A DNA stretch of 60,769 nucleotides, filler included, from Platydemus manokwari (lineage: Eukaryota): assembly GCA_037951405.1 (NCBI GenBank). It is 6 parts of 6 records of this genome, joined end to end, with 100 filler letters (N's around TTAATTAATTAA, not from the genome) between each part and the next. Parts side by side here need not be neighbours in the genome. Positions count along the whole stretch, not along the records: positions 50,220 to 60,769 come from JBBMOY011124886.1; 5 more parts are not named here. One strand, 5' to 3'. Both the position numbers and the translations under genes were made by a program. The notes under the pieces were generated by a model. The model searched no databases. It worked only from the letters and a program-made list of their open reading frames with translations, and was not told the origin of the DNA. Shown in pieces: positions 53,305 through 60,769 of the stretch (position 1 is its first letter; each line of letters opens with the position of its first letter).

Positions 53305-56300
53305 ATCTGGTAATGATTACAAATTTCGTAAACGATGTTTAAAACTAAATGTTTTCAAAATTTTTGCATAAACGTGACTGACAACTCCATGCAGTACTCC
53401 AAGTACATATACTGTTAGGGAAATACGCTAACTAACTCTTTCGATATTTATTAAATTCATTTTTCAATGGAGATTATTCCATGAAATTTATAATTTCAGT
53501 AAGAATATCGAATTAAACGAAATTTTGCATTAATGACGGAACAACTAGAAAATCGCTTCAATCAAATTATAGGTTATTTTGATATTTGTACACAGAAACA
53601 ATGGTAATATTTTCAACTTAATAATTATCATAAATATTATTTTTGTTTTATATAATTTACCAATTATAAACATCATTTTAATATTTTATGGCATCATATA
53701 ATAAATTGAGAATCACTTGCGATTCTGTACGTCGTGCATTTTGGTCCATCGACAATGATTACAAATATAGCTCTATCAAGTCGTATTGTAGCATAGTTCT
53801 GAATTGTTCATTTATCTATGAGCATTGTTTTGATATGAAAACGAATTAGATCATATTAAAATATATTAGGAATGTTGAAATAAAATAAATAAATAAACAA
53901 ATAAACTCCACTAACCTATTTCTAGTAAATGACATAATGTGATACCTAATAATGGCATCTACATCGAAGATAATTATAATTCAAAGTATTTTAGACGCAT
54001 TATATCATCTTTGTCTGTTACCTTAAAAGTTCTTCAGTTTATTGCTTGTAATTAAACCTATTACCAGTGATATGTGAAACAGATTATATCAAATAATCAG
54101 CAGTCGAGAAAACGAGATTGTATTGATAAGTGATTTGACAAGATTTCTGAGTTTGAAATATTATCATAATAAATAATGAAATTAGCAGTGGCAAAATGTT
54201 AGAAATGGGAAATAAATAGTGTGTTTTTAGGAAATTAGTAAAAGCTGATCGCAAAATAGTCATTTTATCTATAAAGATGACATAACAAAGGGATAAGACA
54301 AGACTTTCACACATTATTGGTTATAAGCTATTTTATATATGCCGCGATACGGAATCAATTCATTAAGCAGTATAATCAGAATCTACCAACTAGCAGAATC
54401 GTTACTTAATTCTCAACCAATAGTAATGTTACTAGTCAATAGTTCAGAGTGAAGACTAAATGATAACTAAAATTCAACATATCAGATAAACTGTCCATAT
54501 TATCACAATCAAGACTGAATCATTAGTCCAAAAAAAGATACAATTAAGATTGTGATTATCAAATGATTCTTATTATTTCTCTTCATTATTTATGACTGTA
54601 ATAATCCATAAATAATTTATAATCTATTTATATTATTTTTATCAATACGAGAAGATTACGATATTGATCGATATGATTTAAACTGTTTCAAACTTTATTC
54701 ATCGCATTCATAAATATCGTTACTATTTCTTACTAAAAAACGAAGAAGTGTGAGCAACTAACAGTTACTATTTTTATTTTTCAACTCTCATTCTCTCTAC
54801 AATGAAAATACATTTTAGTGTATTTTCAATAAACATAAAGGAAAACGTACATTTTGACGAAGTATTGACCGATCGACTGTCCCCGACAATTTAATTCAAT
54901 ATTTCTAATATTTAAGTTTTTCTTTCACCTTTAAATTCGTTTAACTCTTCAAATATCGATTCGCTTTTAATTTAGAAAACATATTTGACCTCCTTAACTC
55001 CATTTCCAATCATTATTTATCAAAATATGAATGAGAAACTCGTTTAAATTTTTTTTAAAAAATGTGATGCTCACTGGATTCGAACCTCTACTAATTTGTT
55101 CAATCACGTATTGAAAGTTTTAAAAAATCTGTCTCAACCAAAAAATAATTTAATGTAAGATTTAATTTATTAAAATTTTTAAATCCTTTCATCTTCAAAC
55201 TACTGTGTCAGATATCCTAGTTGATGGTGAATGATTGAATTGTTGAAATTCTTTGCAAGCTTTGATAATACACTAGTACACTATTGCATGGCTAACTATA
55301 AAAATATCTATTGGCAAGCGAAAATTTAACATCACTAGCTGCTTCAACAATATTGTAATAATGCAACTGATTAATAAGATTAAGATAAGAAATAAGAAAT
55401 AAAGCACATTGATCAGTGAATAATAATAATTATCAATGAGTTTTATTATGTGAGTATAAATTATATCATGTTTTGTTGTTTTATTTTTAGTTTTAGAGAC
55501 GAAGATTTATGAATCGAACGGGTTATTTTTTCTATATTATTAACTTAATAATTTTTATTTTACGAATCTTTATTTTTAGTAATATTTTAATAAAAAGTTG
55601 ATTCCGGTTTTTATATAACCTATGTTTCAATTATTTAAGACGAAATCATTAATGATTGATAAAAAATATTTTGTATTATTATTATTCTTATTATTATTTT
55701 TTTTAATTAATACTATTATAACTATTATTATTATCACTATAATAATAATATAAATAAGAAGAATAATGAAATAATATGATAAGAGAAACCATAAAATTAT
55801 AATTTGAAACAGAAAATCGATCAATAAATTCCACGTCATATACACGAAGTAAAAATGCTATGGAAACAAATCCGCTATATTTGATACTCGTCATACTGTC
55901 AATGCAATCTAAAAGAATAGTCAAAGAAGAATGGCATAAATAATCATTAAGTTATGGAAAGATAAACAAACAACAAGTACAATCAATACGGCCATTATCC
56001 TCATAATAATGTTTATAAAATTGTAAAATTAAATATTGTTATTTTTGGATCGATTGGATAACCACAGTCTAAACCATCTAAAGAGATGTGGTAAAAGAAA
56101 TCTTGATGCATACTCTTTCGAATATTCTTCTACCACTTATGCCACATCAGATCAGCCTATTTTCCTCTTTAGTTCGAAATCATTATTTCATCAACTCTTA
56201 GTATTACTAAAATTCAATTACATAAATCGAAATTCATATGGAAAATTTGTTTTAATAAATTCATTTTGATAAATATTTTCGAAATTTTCATTAATAATAC

Positions 56301-56534
56301 TCTGCAATAAATTATTATCCTATTCTTGATTTTTAAGATAATACTTTTTAAAGTTCTATAAATCATTCAGCTGAAATAGATTTCCCCTAATCTTCAGTAT
56401 GATAAAAAATTTACTTATCTTCAAACTATTTATAACTATCATTAGGAATTCTTTAATCCTCATCAAAATAACTTTAAAATGCTTCAATCAAAGTCTGTTA
56501 TTCATTCAATCAAAGATTGATTTATTATTAAAAA

Positions 56535-56895
56535 GGCTTTTATAGAAATGCTTGAATAAAATAAAGACTCAGCTAGCAAAGCAGCCATTACTGGTATGAC
56601 ATTATTCTTAGCTAGATATCTTGTCGGATTTGTTGTGAGTTATGGTAATTGCTCCTGGTTAGAAATGTATTAACTTATAAAAATATTTACAAAACGAATT
56701 TCAAGAACTTATCTCACCACAATGGTCCAACGTTGTTCCATAGATTTTATAAATGCATTGCTCGTAACCGTTTTATTTCCGAAGCGCGAAGGACATCCCG
56801 ATGAATTCACTCATTTAGTACAAATCATTATCGAGAATCCAATGTTGAATAGTGAGGTGATGAGAATTGATGCGTCACTGCGAATGAATCAATAA
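56535..56895 (+). pseudogene. HSD17B10: HSD17B10 (3-hydroxyacyl-CoA dehydrogenase type 2) 3' fragment, intron-containing pseudogene
   Basis: SASKAAITGMTLFLARYL, VMVIAPG, an intron of about 49 bp, then FPKREGHPDEFTHLVQIIIENPMLNSEVMRIDASLRMNQ*. Catalytic Tyr>Asp, an upstream stop and a frameshift. Confidence 0.85.
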
Positions 56896-57877
56896 TTCCT
56901 ACTTTTTAATTGTGATATGACCTCACTCAATATCGATTAACCCTAATAATGAACATTTGTGTTGTTTAATAATTTATTACTATTTTTTTAATTAGAAGTA
57001 TTATTGATTTGTTTATTTGTTGAGGTCACAAGTTTACAATTTAGAAAGAAGCCGGTGTTTTTTTGTTTAGTTTTACCGCTTCATGGACAGCGTGAATATT
57101 CAAAAATTCTTTATTTCAATTTAAATCAAGAGATCACTTTTAAAATATTAAACCATTAAATATAATCTTCAGCTTTATAATTGTGTTTTAATGCTTTTGG
57201 AATTTGAAACTCATTATAAAGAGTGAATTGAAAATCGCAGTGTATGTTTCCAGTGAAGATTGAACATAAGTGATTTGAAATGAAAAAGTGAATAAATGTC
57301 TTTGAATTTGAATACTCATTGGACATCTATCATTTAATCCCGTTTTTAATACCTGTTATGCAAAGCTTTTTAAACTTTCAAATAAAATGAAGCTCATATG
57401 TAAAAACCTATTATAAACTGACTGGTTTTGCAACAAGGCTGATGTCAAAATTATCAATTCAACACTAGGTGAAAAATTAGAAGACGGAAATCCAATAGGG
57501 AGATAATTATTCAAGTTATATTGATGGAGTATATCTTTAAGTCAATAAGGAATATTGATATAGTCGATAATTAGTTCTGACACAATAGTAACTGATAAAT
57601 AGGATGAGAAAATACGTTCAACTCAACATCTGACAAATCAAATATTATCCAATGCAGAACCGAGTCGAACGAAAGAAATACTGAAAAGAAAGTGATCACC
57701 CATAAAGAAAAATAAATGAGATACATTTAAACTGAGAATTTATGTGAAAGATATAAATTATGAATTTTATTTTATTAAATAATCTATTTGAATACGCGTC
57801 GTGCAATTAAACTTAAAAATAGGCTTTCAATGCATATCCTACAACATCGTAATATGTTAGAATAAGCATTCCTGCTT

Positions 57878-58285
57878 ATGAAATAAAACAGAAGTTAAAG
57901 GCGGATATAAAGTTCAACCTGTGCCAACTGCCCCACTTATTCAACTTGAACACAATAAAAAATATAAAGAAGGAATTAACAATCAGAATCTTAATTTTTT
58001 AGCACTAGGAAAAGCCATATCTGGAGATCCAATCATAAATGGAACTAATCATTTACCAAAGCCCCCAATCATTACAGGCATAACAAAAAAAATCATAACC
58101 AACCCATGACTTGTAATTAAATGATTATAAAAAATAGGATTTCCAAAAAACAATCCAGGAGCAGAAACTTCTAAACGAATCAACATTCTCATACAAGAAC
58201 CCATTAAACTACTTCTGACTCCCAAAATAAAATACAAAGTCCCTATATCCTTATGATTAGTAGACATAAACCAACGAGAATAAAA
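57878..58285 (-). pseudogene. cox1: NUMT: 5' third of mitochondrial cox1, code 9
   Basis: [40 protein letters not shown] (N W), LVPFMIGSPDMAFP, AAA AAA TTA AGA TTC TGA (NNLSFW), GTGWTLYPPL. Confidence 0.95.
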
Positions 58286-59883
58286 TCAGAACTGCCCGTT
58301 TCTAGTGCTGAACGCCGTTTTCATATTAGAATCTTCCTCAAGTTCAACCTGATTATATGCTTGGCCTAAATCTATCGTGGAGAAAACTGTCTCTCCATAA
58401 ACTGAGTCCAATAACGTTAGAATGTAAGGTACCGGGAAAGAAAACTTCTCAGTCTGTTCGTTTAATCTTCTGAAGTCTAAACACATCCTGATCGATCCAT
58501 CTTTCTTAGGAACCACGACTAATGGAGAGTTCCAAGGGCTTTTGCAGGGTGTTATGACATTACTTTAAAAAAGATTTTTTATTGATTATTGAATTTTGAT
58601 TTCTAAATTTATTGGTGCCTTCTAGGATTTCGAGTAATAGGTTCCATTTTTGTACTGATTGCGTGCTTCACCAAATTTAAATCCCAAATAAAACCAAGAA
58701 GCCATAAAAATTAAGCTATTTTCATTTATACACCTATTCAATGAAACGTCGTTCTGGTCAGCGAGACTCTTCAATGCCATTTCGATTCTGTCATGGTCAC
58801 TATACTTCTTTCCGACATCCTAGGGATCGATTGATTTTATCAATGCAAAGAATATTCTACAAGTCTTCATTATTTCAACTCCTCCGATAAATACTGTTGA
58901 ATTGTTTTTAATACAAATCTCCTTTACTGGAATTTCGTAGTTCCAAATTGTTGAGATCCTTATTTTTCCTAGACAAGAATTGCGTGTATTGGAAAATACG
59001 CGAGCCAATCGTAAATTCGAATTTTTAATCTGCGGCTCTCCAGTGCACATCCAATTGCTCTCGTTCAATACTGTTATTGATGCAGCAGAATTCTTTAACA
59101 ATTCAATATGTGTACCGTTGCACTCAGCGCTATTGCCTACGATCTGAGTATGCTTCCTGTTTCTCTTGCCGTCTTGCTTCTTTACTTCTATTTTATCTCT
59201 AGCTGATATATGTCCTATTGATGCTCGATGATATTCTTTTACACCAAAATCCCTTTCCTGCACAATTATACTTGGCCTTTTGAACGATCATCTTCTGAAA
59301 GGACTTTTTTGGATAACTTTGAAATATCGACTGAGCATATGTGTTCTTTATGGCTTTTATGGGCTTAGCCGGAGTTAAATTCTCAAAGATGACCGTTGGC
59401 TCTCTTCTTCTATCGTCGGACATTGCAGAGTCGAGAGTAAATGACTCTTTCAATTTCATGCTATTTAGAATGTGCAGAATAAATAATCTTGAAATTTCTT
59501 CAATATTGTTCTTCTTGTCAAACACCTCCAAAACTAGCTTCTTTACTCGAAGTTCATAACTGCGATATTTTTCATGTGATCTTTGTTGCATTGCTGCAAA
59601 ATCTTGAACCTTGTCGTATACTGCTTTGGCATGAGAAAATGTTTTTAAAAACAATTTCTCAAAATATTCATTTGAAACAGCCTCTTGCTACAGTTGTTTG
59701 GCGTCATCTCTCAAAAGTATGTCAAATGGAAATGATAGTTCCATTTGATTAAAAAGTCGCGAAATCTTTGGTTGTTTGGAACCATTTCTCAGCGTCTTGG
59801 ATTGATGAATCGAAGAATAATGGTTTTGAGATTAATAAATCCTGCGTTTTTGTGGCAGAGTGTTAATTTCGGCGTAGTCGCCA
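58286..59883 (-). mobile_element. Ty3/Gypsy copy 2 (same family as copy 1): PBS, gag, PR and 5' part of RT; 3'-truncated
   Basis: Collinear with 3308-5155, e.g. EKWFQTTKDFAT, YDKVQD, KDGSIRMCLDFRRLNEQTEKFSFP, TAFSTRNGQF. Confidence 0.95.
59870..59883 (-). promoter_or_regulatory. Putative primer binding site TGGCGACTACGCCG
   Basis: TGG-initiated GC-rich motif just upstream of gag, preceded by an AATAAA-containing LTR-like stretch; the priming tRNA is not determined. Confidence 0.55.
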
Positions 59884-60769
59884 GTAAAAAGATAACTTTT
59901 TTGCATAAATATTTTATTTTTTAATTCAAAATTACACCGTTTGTTTTATAATATTACAACAAATCTTATTTTTTATCTAACTGATCTAAAATATATTTTT
60001 TGACTTATTTTTATCTTTATTATGGCGTGATTGAGGTCTCGTTTAGTATTGAAAATATTTCAGAATTTTAAAACTTTGTAAATAATAGTTTTAAATAGAT
60101 TAGACAACAGGAATTTTATGAAGCACTAAATGAATTTTATCAATGTTATTAAGGGCTCTGTAGTAACGAGTTCAAAGTTGAAAATGTGATCACAATATCT
60201 GACGGATAGGAAAAGCACAAACATAATGTTCAAGCTGAACCTTTGGATTTTTAATTCACCCTGCCAATTGTGCCGAATGATAAAATAATGATTGCGTTTT
60301 AAATCTCTAAATTAATTTAGTTTTTGTTGGAATAAAATGAATTATTTGGCGTGCTGATGTGATTTTTTATTGAAAAAATTGAATTCATTTTTTAATTAAC
60401 GATAGAAACATTTTTTATTATCATTTTCAGTTTCAGGATTCACTACTTATAGAAAGAAATATTAAGATTTTTCATATGCCAATGTTTTATATAATTTTAA
60501 TATTTTTTCTTTTAATTTTCTTTTTAAACTGATGTTAGTAATTTTATGATAATTTTTAGAGGAATGTTAATGTTTTTTTGCTAGAATGGTTCATGGTAAA
60601 TGAAAATTAGAAGGAAAGATTTGTTATAATAAGTAACCTCTTGAATTTATCTGAAATTGATTTCAAGCTAATTCTGGTTTCGTAAAGAATGACAGTAAAT
60701 TATTCCAATGTGGAAATTATGCAAAACAATCTGTTTTGTGGTTGGTAAATAACTAAAATAGACTATTTT

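Noticed and set aside
55062-55092. tRNA gene (GGTTCGAATCC B-box on the minus strand)
   Set aside because: No D arm, anticodon arm or acceptor pairing visible; at most a fragment.
57921-58109. Plus-strand 62-aa ORF
   Set aside because: Antisense shadow of the cox1 NUMT.

Overview
This is AT-rich eukaryotic DNA made of six contigs of about 9-11 kb, joined by artificial N44-TTAATTAATTAA-N44 spacers, so adjacency across a spacer is not biological. The host is very probably a planarian flatworm: a nuclear copy of cox1 reads correctly only in mitochondrial code 9 (AAA=Asn, AGA=Ser, TGA=Trp), and host genes have short GT-AG introns of about 45-75 bp. Host genes recognised are a divergent intronless eIF4E-family gene, a CIP2A-like gene, a spliced gene with three ubiquitin-like domains fused to an STE-like pseudokinase, RIM-binding-protein FN3 exons, a secreted 8-Cys peptide and an HSD17B10 pseudogene. 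Mobile or foreign DNA comprises two decayed copies of one Ty3/Gypsy family, a Maverick/Polinton virion-module relic, a cox1 NUMT fused in frame to Gypsy RT, and an unexplained intact GC-rich two-ORF island flanked by tandem repeats. All family calls come from motifs recognised by eye; no searches were run.
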